Positions 39,543 to 52,386 are shown, counted from the stretch's first letter. The stretch is 64,000 bases of DNA from Octopus vulgaris (GCA_951406725.2 OX597833.1:27280001-27344000), one strand, 5' to 3'. Notes: generated by a model from the sequence alone, not told the origin. Numbers and translations are program-made.

Positions 39543-40009
39543 TTGGGGAGGGAGGGAGGGAGGGAGGGAAGGCCAGACAGACAGACGGACGGACGGGCGG
39601 AGGTAAACTGGAAGGTAGATGTGAAGATAGTTAGATAGTATATACGTTAGTAGGAATTATTTTTTGTGATAGTTTCTAGATATGTAGGTAGGTAGTTAGG
39701 GTAAGTTTCAAGGTAGGTAGGTAGGTTTAAGTAGGGGTAGATGCGTACATAGGTAGGTAGACAGTTGCATAAGTAGGAAAGAAGACAGGTAAATTAGGTA
39801 AGCTTCAAGGTACACGAGTTGTTAAGTAGAGTAAATATGTGGAAGGGAGGGATGGAGGTAGAAAGGTAGGTATGTGAGTAGGGAGGGAGGGAGGGAGGAA
39901 TTTAAGGAGTGAGGTACAACAGTTCATGTATGTGTAGAAGAGACTGGATAAATAGCTACAATTGCCCACTGAATAAAATCCTCGAGATCAGCAAAATGGA
40001 GGCACTGGA

Positions 40010-40760
40010 AATACTATACATTACACTACAACACAGACCACCACTCTACTATGTACTTCACTATAGCACAAAACACCACTACACTATTACTTATCCTATA
40101 TTACACAACAGCATAGACCACCACACTACTATATACTAAACTACAGCACATACCACAACTGCACTATTATTCTATATTACACTACAGCACAGACCACCTC
40201 TTTACTATTTACTAAACTACAGCACATACCACTACTGCACTATGATTCTATATTACACTACAGCACATACCACTACTGCACTATGATTCTATATTACACT
40301 ACAGCACAGACCACCACTTTACTATATACTAAACTACAGCACATACTACTACTGTACTATTACTTACTCTATCTTACACTACAGTATAGACCATCATTCT
40401 ACTATATACTACACTACAGCACATACTACGACTGGACTACCTACCTACCTACCTACCTACCTACCTACCTACCTACCTATCTACCTACCTACCTATCTAC
40501 CTATCTACCTACCTACCAACACAGACCACCATCCTACTATACACTACACTATAGCATAAACTACTGCTGCACTGTATACTACACTACAGCATAGACCACC
40601 ACTACAGTATTACACTACAAAGAAGAACATCGTTACACTGTTACCTATACTGTATCTCACAACTGTACAGACCACTACTGTTGTAGTTTACTATACTACA
40701 ACATTATGCCATATACAATACTGATACAGTATACTACCACACAGCTACATGTATATAATA
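40010..40760. repeat. Degenerate ~33-40 bp minisatellite (TACTATAT..TACACTACAGCACAKACCAC)
   Basis: ACTACAGCACA(T/G)ACCAC-like motifs recur more than 10 times. Confidence 0.85.
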
Positions 40761-41021
40761 CAGCTCGACCACACTAACGTATCATACTGCAACATGGACA
40801 ACACACAATGCTACAATATACACCACTACAACATTGTAATACATACCACACTACAAATTATGTCACGTTGCCATGCATATCATAGGCAAACCCACCATAC
40901 AACAACATATACCACATTCAATACTACCATATTACTAAATACACTAGACAAAAGCTACCACTCTGCCGCATACACCATACACAACATTATTAACACACTA
41001 CAACATATACCACACAAAATA

Positions 41022-41500
41022 TTGATTTCAAAGTTTGGCACTAGGCCTAAAATTTCGGGGAAGAGGCTTACTTGATTACATCCACCTCAGTACTCAACTG
41101 GTACTTATTTTTTCGAAGCCCTAAAAGGATGAAAAGTACAGTCGACCTTGGTTGAATTTGAACTCAGAACACGAAGACGGGCGAAATGCATAGCAGCATT
41201 TCGCCCGGCGTGCTAACGACTCTGCCAGCACGTCACCTCATGTACCACACAAAATATTACAAAACTGCAACATATACTTCACACAACATTATCATACTAT
41301 AACATATACTGCACACACCACTACTACACTGCAACGTATATAACACACACCATCAGCAGCACGCTATTACACACAGGCGTGGGTGTGTGGTAAGAAGCTT
41401 GCTCCATAAGCACATTGTTCCGGGTTCAGTCCCAGTTAGTGATACTTTGAGCGAGTGTTTTCTACTGTAGACTTGGGCCCATCAAAACTTCGTGAGTGGA

Positions 41501-41550
<50 letters not shown>

Positions 41551-41815
41551 CGCGCGTTTGTTTGTGTGCGTGTGTGTGCGTGCGCGCGCGCGTATACCTT
41601 CGTGTGTGTGTGTGACCCCCATCAGTGCTTGACAACAGTTGTCAGTGTGCTTACGTCCCTATAACTTAGCGATTCGGCAAATCAGGCCGATAGAATAAGT
41701 ATCACGCTTTAAAAAAAATAATAAATAAGTACTGAGGTCGATTCACTCGAATAAAAATTTTTCGAGGCGATGCTCCAGCATGACCACCGTCTAAGGACTG
41801 AAACAAACAAAAGAC
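41022..41815. mobile_element. Family A SINE (-, 41022-41240) and family B SINE (+, 41375-41815)
   Basis: Diagnostic heads, cores and tails. Confidence 0.8.
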
Positions 41816-42260
41816 AACAGAAAAAAAATACAGCTCGCATCACAGCCGCACTACAACATATACAACACAGAACAGTTATCACATTATTACATGCACCGCA
41901 AATAACACTAGCACACTGCAGCATATACTACAGAGAACACCTTACAGAAAATATATAACTACACACCGCGTGTACTATTAAGCCGATGAAAAGATACAAA
42001 TATCACGTACCTTCAGTAGACATGTAAACCTACGAACAATTTATTGACTTATGACATTACCAGCTTTTTTTTTTTCCACCACCACTACCACTACTACTAC
42101 TACTACCGTTTGTGATGTGTGTAAGGCGCTTGCTGTTACGCATCGGCGATCACTAAAAATGAGCCAACATCTTCAACTGATTATTAATGCTCCGATCGTA
42201 CTACTACTATTAGCGTATTACCATTACTACTATTACTGCTGCTGCTGCTACTGCTGCTGC

Positions 42261-42323
<63 letters not shown>

Positions 42324-42466
42324 ATATTTTACATAGACCAAGAAATCATAAATTTGGGCTTGAGGTAGTGAATAGTCGATAAATTCGACTTCAGTACTTG
42401 ACCGATGCTTTATTTTATCGACCTGAAAAGGTGAAAGGGAAAGCTGAACCGATCTTGACCAAAGAG

Positions 42467-42559
42467 ACAGCAGCAGCAGCAACAGCAGCAGCAGTAGCAG
42501 CAGTAGCAGCAACAGCAGCAGCAGTAGTAGCAGCAGTAGCAGCAGCAGCAGCAGCAGTG

Positions 42560-42610
<51 letters not shown>

Positions 42611-42750
42611 TTGGCAGTGGTGGTGGTGGTGGTAGTAGTAGTAGCAGCAGCAGTAATAGTAGTATTGGCAGTGGTGGTAGTAGTAGCAGCAGCAGCAGTA
42701 GTAGTAGTAGTAGTAGTAGTAGTAATAGTAGTAGTAGTATTGGCAGTGGA

Positions 42751-42788
<38 letters not shown>

Positions 42789-42800
42789 CAGCAGCAGCAG
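42467..42800. repeat. Compound (CAG)/(TAG) array with TATTGGCAGTGG higher-order units
   Basis: Direct reading. Confidence 0.95.
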
Positions 42801-43319
42801 TACAAAACCATAAAAAACATGAATCATTGAATAGTATGATACAATAATGTTAATAAAAAATCCTCATGATGCACACACGCACACACATACATACACATAC
42901 ATACACACGGATATATATATATAAAATCAATAGTGAGTCTTTGATCACTTGAAATGAAAGTTGTAGCTTTCTACGAAACATATTAATTGACCATTACTGT
43001 AACAAAAAAAAATAATGATCCAGGTTTTTACTTTTGTATCTTTTCTAATCCCTCAACAAACTGAAACAGCGATTGATCTAACTGGTTTCTGGTCCTGCTT
43101 GAGCTTCATCTGAGAAATATCATTAACGTTCTGTTCACAGAATGTTTACAAGCTATTTATAATGTATACAAACCAGGACTTGGCATAACGCCCTGCGTTG
43201 ACAAAGTGGAATATTAAAACCTAGAAACGTTTTTAATAATCACGTCATAGAGCTACATACTTTCCTTTGTACAGACATGTTAATTTGTAAGTTTCTTAAA
43301 AAGCTTAAATGGTATTCTT

Positions 43320-43525
43320 CGTATCAGGACAATTACCCCCAGGTTAATTATGCACCCATATGACAATTCCCCCCGACGACAACTACTCCCTAGGACAATC
43401 ACCGCCCTTGGTTAATTACCCCCTCTTCAATATATATAGAAGTTTTAAATCATCATCTGTTGTCCTCAGGGGTATCTGTCCTTGGGGGTTGTTGTCTATG
43501 GGGGGGGGGAAATGTCCCAGACTCG
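43320..43525. mobile_element. Foldback/Mutator-like MITE with GGACAATTACCCC subrepeats
   Basis: Five or six GACAAT(T/C)(A/C)CCCC-like units on the left; inverted GGG...TGTCC units on the right. Confidence 0.55.
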
Positions 43526-44599
43526 TTTTCTTTACATTTCAATTTGTGTGTGTGGGTATCTATCTGTCTATGTGCATGTGGGGGTGGGGGAGAAGGGTTT
43601 CAAAAATTAAACAGAAGAAACGAGCGGAAAATTCACACGCAAGACAATGGACATACTCCTTCCTCGTCAGTTATCGTCCAAAAAATCGCTACAATTTCAT
43701 GCTTTTAATGATAATATTGTTCAATTTTCGGTGGCGTCAACAGCGTATAGCTGCTGGGAATAATGAGTGAACGTTGATGACAGGAACGCAAATGAATACG
43801 ATACAGGTACAATCGTAGATATAGAAACCCGGTGTTGAAAGTAAAGAAGCATGCGAAAGGCCGGAAGAAGAATAACTGAAGAAAGTCAGCGGTCAAGCGA
43901 TAAAAGGAAGTTGGAAAGAGAAATGAGAATGGTCATAAGTCACATGGTAGTAGGGGGAGGAAGAAAAAGTGGTAGAAAGCAGAAAGACAGAAAAAGACAG
44001 AGAGGTAATGTGGTGAGAGAGAGAGAAGGGTGTTAAAGAGAGGCGAAAAGGAAGCCCTATATAAGATCCTATGTAACTAATAAGAAGAAATTATTGTGAA
44101 ACGGACACTTGGCCCGATGGGCTACAATATATTTACTCTGCTAAATGCCACCTTGGACCAAGTAGTGGTGTTATAAACTGGACGACAAATAAACTCTGCA
44201 ACTCATAAACATGTAACCATTTTCTCCGAACTGACTTTACATAGTTTCCTTCTAGAGATTGTCACTTCAAACTTTTCATTGAATCAAGTTCGATCAAGGT
44301 TTTATGCTGTGGCATTGAACCGAAAGACGTAGAAACAAACGATTCATTAAGAAGGTTATGGCACACTGTTAGTAATAACAACCAAAAATACCTCAAACCA
44401 CACACAATCGTCTTACAAAAGATAATGCGGTCCTAGTCAATAGGGGTAAAAAAGAGGAGACGATAACAACCAGAATGTTCAATTAGTGCTCATCTAGGGT
44501 TAAACAACTACAGCAGCTACGTAATTTGAAGCGAACTTCTTAATCACAGAACCATAACATCGCCTAACCTGACTGAATATAAGACATTTTTCTTTCAGT

Positions 44600-45362
44600 T
44601 TTTGAGACCCATATGTTCTCTCAAGTGGTTATAAGAGCAACGCTAGAAATATTTTCTTTTATAGAAACAATAATTTCGTACGCTCCATTGTATCTTGCGT
44701 AAATTTGCCTCAAATAATAATTGAAACGTAAACAGAATGATTGAACAACCGACGTGTAATGCCTTCTCGGCCGGTCTCGACAACGATCACTCAGGTGTTC
44801 GACCAACTGAGCTACATACTCCAAGAAGTAAACGTCTAAGTGTATGAGAATTCCATACAATTTTTGGGAAGTTACATTAAGAGAATACATGTATTCTCTT
44901 AACGTAACTCCCCAAAATAACTTGTGTTACGCAATGTCACAAAACTGGATAAACAGATGTTGAAAGATCGGCCCGAAAGGCTGTTAGCTCCGGGTGCTGG
45001 TGTGATGAGGCGCAAAATTTCCTCTAACTATCATGCATGTCGGTTAAAGTAGGACAGCTAAGAGTGGCTTTGCCCTCGGGCAAAGAAAGTCTTTTTCACG
45101 CCTCTGGCTGGAGCTTTGCATACACTTAGACGTTTACTTCTCGGAGTAGGTAGCTCAGTTGGTCGAACACCTGAGTGATCGTTATTGAGACCGGTCGAGA
45201 AGGCATTACACGTCGGTTGTTCAATCATTCTGTTTACGTTTCAATTATTATTTGAGGCAAATTTACGCAAGATACAATAGAGCGTACGAAATGATTATTT
45301 CTATAAAAGAAAACATTTCTAGCTTTGCTCTTATAACCATTTCAGAAAACATGGGTCCCAAA
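44600..45362. repeat. ~250-bp inverted repeat (44600-44846 / 45119-45362) with tRNA-like heads and a 56-bp palindrome in the spacer
   Basis: Arms are roughly 90% complementary by eye. A-box TAGCTCAGTTGG at 45151-45162; B-box-like GTTCAATC at 45219-45226; palindrome 44862-44917 (26/28). Confidence 0.9.
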
Positions 45363-46194
45363 GGCAGAAAATCGACTACTTTAATCATTGAGCTCGAAAT
45401 GAGAAAAAGCAAAGTTGATCTGTATGGAATTTGAACTCAAGTCAACAGTAGGATTCTACCCGCCACTCCAATAACTATCAGTTTGCTATATTAACCCAAT
45501 ATACTTCTAATTCCACAACAGTATGAACTGCCCTCAGGTCATTGTTTCCTTTACTTCACCATCTTTCCCTAATTTCAAATAACTGGAACAATGACTCATC
45601 AAGCAAATTCAGAAAACAGAAAAAAATACTTTTTACTTGTTATCTTTTAAGTTTCAAGTTGTCTCCTTTGCCTGTGGTTGCTTTAGTCAAACAGATATAG
45701 ACTTGATTAATTTAAGTTACTGAGTTCATTGTGTTAGAGCCTACTAAACTATAAAATATAGCTGTAGCTACATCATTGCAACACAACGAAATGTTTATCC
45801 AGACAACGAAGATGCCTCTTCGGGTTCACTCGACCTGCTACATATAGTTGCCTAATCTTACTCAAATTACACTTCACTGTTTTACACTGCTACGACGCAT
45901 TGGATAATGTGATCCTAGATTCATTACACATCTGACCGTAGAGTAACGCTCTTACTCTACAGACAACATCACAGGTCAAGTGATACGACCTTATTAATCC
46001 AAGTCACGTCACATGCTGATTGAGTGTTTAAGATATTCACCTCATAACAACGTACGGTATTTTGGGTTCAATCTCACTGTGCAGTACAATGGACATGTCT
46101 TTTACCATAACCCTATTTTCTCCAGTATTTCGTCTTGTTTGTGTAATTTGGTTCGTGTATAATCTGTGTGTGGTAGGAGGGTGCGTGTATAATC

Positions 46195-46274
<80 letters not shown>

Positions 46275-46317
46275 CCTGAAACCATAACTATCGCATCTTT
46301 TTATATGTCAGAAACAA

Positions 46318-46384
<67 letters not shown>

Positions 46385-46627
46385 GAGTGAGATAGCAGTG
46401 CATGCCATCAAAGTGACACTGGGGTAAAATATACGAAGCCCAATATACCCATCATGACTACCCGCCTGATAAGGGTACACCAGGCACATGCATCACAACC
46501 ATATGTGCGCGACATGGTGATCTCATATCAAGATAAACAGCACAGGACCTTGCAGGTGGGGCCCAGTTAGAATTTTCTTCAGGTTGAGTAGCCCATCCCG
46601 CTCAAAAGGTCCCTGAATAAGGGTTGT
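46385..46627. mobile_element. Truncated copy of the (TAA)n-inserted repeat
   Basis: Matches 10539-10781 and stops at CCCTGAATAAGGGTTGT. Confidence 0.9.
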
Positions 46628-46992
46628 GACAGTCCCGTATGGGAATTACACCACCGCTGTTTAGCCCTAAGAAGCATCGACGCTTCCTGTCGGCTTTGAC
46701 ACATTTCCTGTGTCCTTATATTTGTGAAGGGGAGGCAAGCACCCCCACCAGCCAAGATTCACACCTGAGGATATGCATTTTTCGAGTCTTAACCCGTCAT
46801 CAGCCCAGGATAGTGAGATCTGCTGACTGAGGTGCCTGTCTAACCTTCACAAATATATATACTTACGGTGAAATCTATTCACTGGTCACCGTAATTAGAA
46901 ATATTAAATTTCTAAATGTCTCAAAGAGACATGAGCGGTGGTGGAGCGATAGAGTGGTTGTATACTGTCAACGTAACGTGACAGTCCCGTAT
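46626..46992 (-). mobile_element. Retrozyme-like unit: 352-bp monomer plus 15-bp terminal redundancy, highly structured, one hammerhead
   Basis: Direct repeat GTGACAGTCCCGTAT at 46626-46640 and 46978-46992. Perfect helices of 14, 10, 9, 8, 7 and 7 bp. HHR at 46764-46809. Confidence 0.75.
46764..46809 (-). ncRNA. Type I hammerhead ribozyme
   Basis: Minus strand reads CCUGGG-CUGAUGA-C-GGGU-UAAG-ACUC-GAAA-AAUGCAUA-UC-CUCAGG: 6-bp stem I, 4-bp stem II, palindromic AUGCAU in stem/loop III, AUC triplet. Predicted cleavage between 46770 and 46769. Confidence 0.8.
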
Positions 46993-47030
46993 TATTTTTA
47001 TTATCATTATTATTATTATTATTATTATTA

Positions 47031-47091
<61 letters not shown>

Positions 47092-47093
<2 letters not shown>

Positions 47094-48472
47094 CTTCTTT
47101 CTTTAAATTTTCTTCCGTTTATCGCTGAGTGTTTTCCGTACACCTAGGGCAGAGAAGCTCATTGTATGCATTCCCAGATTACACGCGCAAATTCACAGAT
47201 AAAATATGTATTTAGAAATTAATAAATAAATAAATTTATGCATGGATGTTGTTTTCACAGCGATAATGCTCTTCTCAGTACATGAGCCATTCCAGTTAAC
47301 ACGATTTCTGGCACTTCCTGTAGGGATGGTAAGCCTGGTATCATTTTCAAATAGGTTTCAGTACCTTTTTTTATCATTCCTAGAGATCCTACAATCACTG
47401 GTACTGTAGTCGCCTTGTGATGCCACATTTTTTCAATTTCTATTAGTAAGTCTTTATATTTACTGATCTTGTCAAATTCTTTCGCCGCTATATTGTGATC
47501 GCAAGGAATATTCATGTCAATTAATAAACACATCCTTTTTGTCTGATCTTTTATAATAATATCTGGTTTATTAGCTTTTATAGTTTTGTCGGTATGTACG
47601 GGAAGTCCCATAGAATCGACACATTCTCTCCCTCAGTCACAGCTTCAGGATGGTGTTTATACCATTTGTCAGCGGTCTCGATTTTATAATGCCGACATAT
47701 TGTCCAGTGTAAATACTGGCCGACTCTGTCATGTCTTGCTTTATATTCTACAGGTGCTAAGACTCTACACCCTGCGATTAGGTGGTCTATTAGCAAGTAT
47801 GTGGCCCGTTGCAAACAAGCTGATGTCGACCAGAAACACAGGCACCAATGGTTACGAAGCTCAGAGCTAAAAGCAGAGAGTGAAGGTTTCATATTAGCTG
47901 CTCATGACCAAAGCTTATTAACCAGGAACTACCAAACCAATGTGATAAAAATGGAGCTGACCCAAAATGCCGATTCTGTAACAATGAGATTGAAACAATA
48001 GACCACCTAATCTCAGGGTGTAGAGTCTTAGCAAGCTTGCGGATTTTTCTGTCAATTTTCATTATTTCACTGGTATTCCAGTTAAGCACATTAAAGCTAT
48101 AAAGAACAACTGGGACTGCTAAAGAATTTATGGCTAACACCTTATTATATGCATTCAGCTCAGACTTCAGGATTGCTCGAACTCTTCTATAACATTCCAT
48201 CCTAACCTTTTCTTTCATGCTTGTATGCTGGATACCAAAGCCTTCATTAATTCCTAGGCATTTATAGGCTTGTTCCTGCTCAAGTTTCGACATCTAATTC
48301 GATTGAACTTGACTTTTCCAATTTCCCTTTCTTAAAAGTGGCTTTGGCACACTTTCCAAAGCCAAACTCCATCCCGATATCATCACTGAATACTTTCACA
48401 GTATGTAAGAGTCCTTCAAGCTCTTCATCATCTTTGCCATATAGTTTTAAGTCATCCATAAAATAGATGGCT
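47092..48472 (-). mobile_element. Rearranged R4/Dong-like LINE 3' part with internal inversion (47792-48033)
   Basis: MDDLKLY and RVRAILKSELNAYNK on minus; LKAESEGFILAAHDQSL on plus; ARHDRVG, KPDIII and KISKYKDL on minus again. Confidence 0.9.
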
Positions 48473-48504
48473 TATTATTAATTATTATTATTATTATTAT
48501 CATC

Positions 48505-48550
<46 letters not shown>

Positions 48551-48566
48551 GTAGTAGTAGTATTAT

Positions 48567-48688
<122 letters not shown>

Positions 48689-48696
48689 TTATTATT

Positions 48697-51571
48697 ATTC
48701 AGTAGTTTTATTTTTATAGCGTGCTTTCACTTCACTACCGAGCGCAGCTCTGTGTGCCTTAGGTATGTGCTGTGATTTGTTGTAATGCTCTGATGGTTAT
48801 TGTATGGAAAGTTTTCTGCGTAGGATGTGTGCAGTACCTAGTAGTGCAATTTTCTGTATGTTATATGTGTTTGTAAGTCCTGGTGTTTTTGTTATGTATT
48901 TGTCTGAATATTTTTTTATCTAGGAATTGCTTCTGTTTTTAGATTCAACATTCTGGTTACCTCCATTTCCAGGTCTTTGTATTTTGAGAGTTTCTCCATT
49001 TCTTTTAGAGACACGTTGTCATCTGCCGGTATTGATTCATCAATTAGAAAGCACTTTTTTTCTTCATGATCTCTGACAACTATATCTGGTCTGTTGGCCT
49101 TAATTTCTCTATCTGTGTGTATCGGCATATCCCAGAGTATGGTTGCTGTCTCGTTTTCTGTGACCTTTTCTGGTGTGTGTCTATACCATCTTTTTTCTGT
49201 TGTTATTCCATAATGTTGGCATAGCTTCCAATGTATGTAAGTTCCAACTCTGTCATGTCTGTGAATATATTCTTTCTTAGCCAGGACTGGGCAGCTAGAG
49301 ATAATATAATTTATTGTTTCTTGTCCATCTCCACATATTCTGCAGTTACTTGTTATATTTCTTTTCATTGCATGTTTTTGGTAATTTCTGGTGGGGAGGC
49401 TTTGGTCTTGTGCTGCAATTAAAAATCCCTCTGTCTCTGATTTGAGTCCTGAGCTTCTCAACCATTGCTGGGATTTTTCTTTGTCTATTTCTTTTGCGTT
49501 TAGTTTAGTCCAGTATTTACCATGAAGGAGCTTTTCTTGCCATCGTTTTATCATGGTTCGTTGCTGTTCTAGTTTTAGTTTGGATTTCATTTGTTTTATA
49601 GCTTTTGTTGTTTCTTCATCTTTTTCTTCTTCTTTTTCATATTTATTAGGTGGTATGATTTCTTGTTTGTATTTGTCAGCTTCCTTAAATACTGAGAACA
49701 GTTTTTTGTTTTGCTCGTGTTTTGCCGCTATTTGTATCAGTTTTCCTTCCTTCTGAAGTAGATATTTTTGCAGGTGGTTATTTTATAGTAGTTTTCCAGC
49801 TGTATAAGGCCTCTACCACCTTCTATACGTTGTATATATGGTCTTTCTATGTCAGATTTTGGGTGATGCATCCTAGATCCTGTCATTATTTTTCTTGTTT
49901 TCCTATCTATTTTGGTCAGTTCATTTAGTGTCCAGTTAAGGATATTGTAGCTGTAACTTATAACTGGGACAGCTAAAGTGTTAATACCTATTATCTTGTT
50001 TTTAGCATTGAGCTCTGTTTTTAGTGTTGATCTAACTCGTCTATAATATTCTTTTTTTTATTTTCTCTTTCATTTGTGTGTGTTGTGTCTTATCTAGTTC
50101 ATGGATTCCTAAGTTTGGCTTTGGTCTAATTCTTTTATTTTATTGGTTTTATCTAGTGTGATGTTGCTACTCTTAACTAGTTTTCCTCTTTTCATGGTTA
50201 CTTTGGCGCATTTTTCTTATCCAAATTTCATATCTATTTCTTTGGTAAATCCATGAACTGTCTTTAATAGTGTTTCCAGCTGTTTGTCATTTGCAGCGTA
50301 TAGTTTTAGATCATCCATATATAAAAGGTAGCTGATCATTTTGCCGTAACATTTATATCCGCATCCAGTTCTATTTAGCATATCAGATAGAGGTGACAGT
50401 GCCAAGCAGAAAAGGAGTGGAGAGAGCGTGTCTCCCTGGAATATTCCTCTTCTAATGGGGATGGCTTTGGGTTTCATGAGTCCCTCTTTTGTTTGGAGCT
50501 GTAGCACTGTTTGCCATTTATTCATAGAGTGCCCTATGAATTTTATAATTGTTGGTGCTACTTTGTTAATGGCTAGTATTTCGAGGATCCATGTGTGGGG
50601 GACGCTATCAAACGCCTTTTTGTAGTCGATCCAGGCCATACTGAGGCCTTTCTTCTTTCTGTGGCTGTCTTCAGTTATGGCTTTATAAATCATTAGCCAT
50701 ATGAGCCTTTGCGGCATCCTTTCTGCTCTTCTGGAAACAGGTTGTTTTCGTCCAGGTGCTTGTTCAACCTTTGCGATATCACTGCAGTAAATGCCTTGTA
50801 CATTGTAGGGAGACAGGTTATTGGTCTGTAGTTTTCTGGTTTTGCTGTCTCTTCCCCTTCGTGAGCCATTCAGGCATTGTCTCTGGCTCTGCTAGTATGT
50901 TGTTAAAGTTTTCAGCCAGCTTTTTGTGCATTCCTGTTAGATATTTCAACCAGAAGTTGGAGATCTTGTCATGCCCAGGTGCCTTCCAGTTGCTTAGTCT
51001 TTGCAGTGCCTGGGTGACCTCTTCAGTTGTTATGGGGGTCCAAAGTTGCTCAGATGCTGAGTTTGTTGTTTTAATACTCCTTTTTTTGGTTGTTCGTTCG
51101 CCGACCATATTTCTCTCCAGAATTCTTCCACTTCTTCTGCCGTTGGTGCTGCAGTGATTTCTATTTTATTTTTGCCAAGTTCTTGGTAGAACTTTTTGGA
51201 GTTGGAGTTGAACTTTTTGTTTTGTTCAAAGAAGCGCTGGCGTTTCTCGTACCGGCGGATCCTTTGTGCTTTGGAAAGGATATCTTGCTTCAGCTTTTCT
51301 TTTATCTCAGGTAAATCTTTTTCTGTGATGGTATATTTGCGGAGTATTTTTGTTTTCTTTTTGTTGCTCAGTAACGTTGATTGTCTACTGATTTCATTAA
51401 GAATCGACAGATGATTTCTCATTTTTTGTATTTTGTTTTGGATGTTATTTATCCACAGGGTTTGTTCGGGTGGTGGTACTCCTGTTTGGATGGGTTTGAG
51501 TGAGTATCCAGCTTCTTTAGTGAATGCAGTGGCTGCTGCGTTTACTAAGTCATTTAACTCAGTGATATCGC

Positions 51572-51572
<1 letters not shown>
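48697..51572 (-). mobile_element. Long R4/Dong-like RLE LINE with frameshifts, bounded by (TAA)n
   Basis: [68 protein letters not shown]. Confidence 0.95.
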
Positions 51573-51638
<66 letters not shown>

Positions 51639-51650
51639 CATTATTATCAT

Positions 51651-51754
51651 TATTCAGGTCACTACGCCATATGCCCGTGTGCATATTGTGTAGTGGTTAA
51701 GAGCGCGGGCTACTAACCCCAAGATTCCGAGCTCAATTCCAAGCAGTAACATGA

Positions 51755-51813
<59 letters not shown>

Positions 51814-51947
51814 TCGAAAAATACCTTAGGTATACAGGTTCGAAATTTCCCCAAGACACTTGATTGAGGCTGGAGGTTATATCAGCCGAAACGTTGTGTT
51901 AACAACAAAGAAGATGAGGATAAATATCCGTCAAATGTAAATAGTGT
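51651..51947 (+). mobile_element. Short element: foldback 5' end, tRNA-like head, (TAA)n, degenerate minimal hammerhead
   Basis: Hairpin 51660-51695; head TGTGTAGTGGTTAAGAGCGCGGGCTACTAACCCC...GAGCTCAATTCC; HHR-like motif at 51855-51900. Confidence 0.6.
51855..51900 (+). ncRNA. Degenerate minimal type I hammerhead
   Basis: GACAC-TTGATTGA-GGCTGG-AGGTTATA-TCAGCC-GAAA-CG-TT-GTGTT. Stems I and II are intact, with an ACGT palindrome, but the core departs from CUGAnGA. Confidence 0.55.
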
Positions 51948-52386
51948 AGGAGTGGTAGTGTGGTATGTAGCTTGCTTACCAACCATATGGTTCCGAGTTC
52001 AGTCCCACTGCGTGGCAGCTTGGGCAAGTGTCTTCTACTATAGCCTCGAGCCGACCAAAATCTTGTGAGTGGATTTGATAGACGGAAACTGAAAGAATCC
52101 TATCGTATATATGTATATATATATATATATGTATGTATGTATGTATGTGTGTGTATATGTTTGTGTATCTGTGTTTGTCCCTCCAGCATCGCTCGATAAC
52201 CGATGCTGGTGTGTTTACGTCCCCGTAACTTAGCAGCTCGGCAAAAGAACCGATAGAATAAGTACTAGGCTTATAAAGAATAAGTCCTGGGGTCGATTTG
52301 CTCGACTAAAGGTGCTGCTCCAGCTTGGTCACAGTCAAATGACTGAAACAAGTAAGATAGTAAAAGAGTAAAAGAGTAAAGAGTAA
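51948..52386 (+). mobile_element. Family B SINE
   Basis: Head, TTGGGCAAGT, and tail (GTAAAAGA)n. Confidence 0.9.

Noticed and set aside
40010-40760. Regularly spaced repeats superficially like a CRISPR array
   Set aside because: Degenerate tandem minisatellite without unique spacers; eukaryotic context; no cas genes.
45143-45237. Possible intron-containing tRNA gene
   Set aside because: Acceptor and T stems are weak and it lies in a repeat arm; treated as a tRNA-derived head only.
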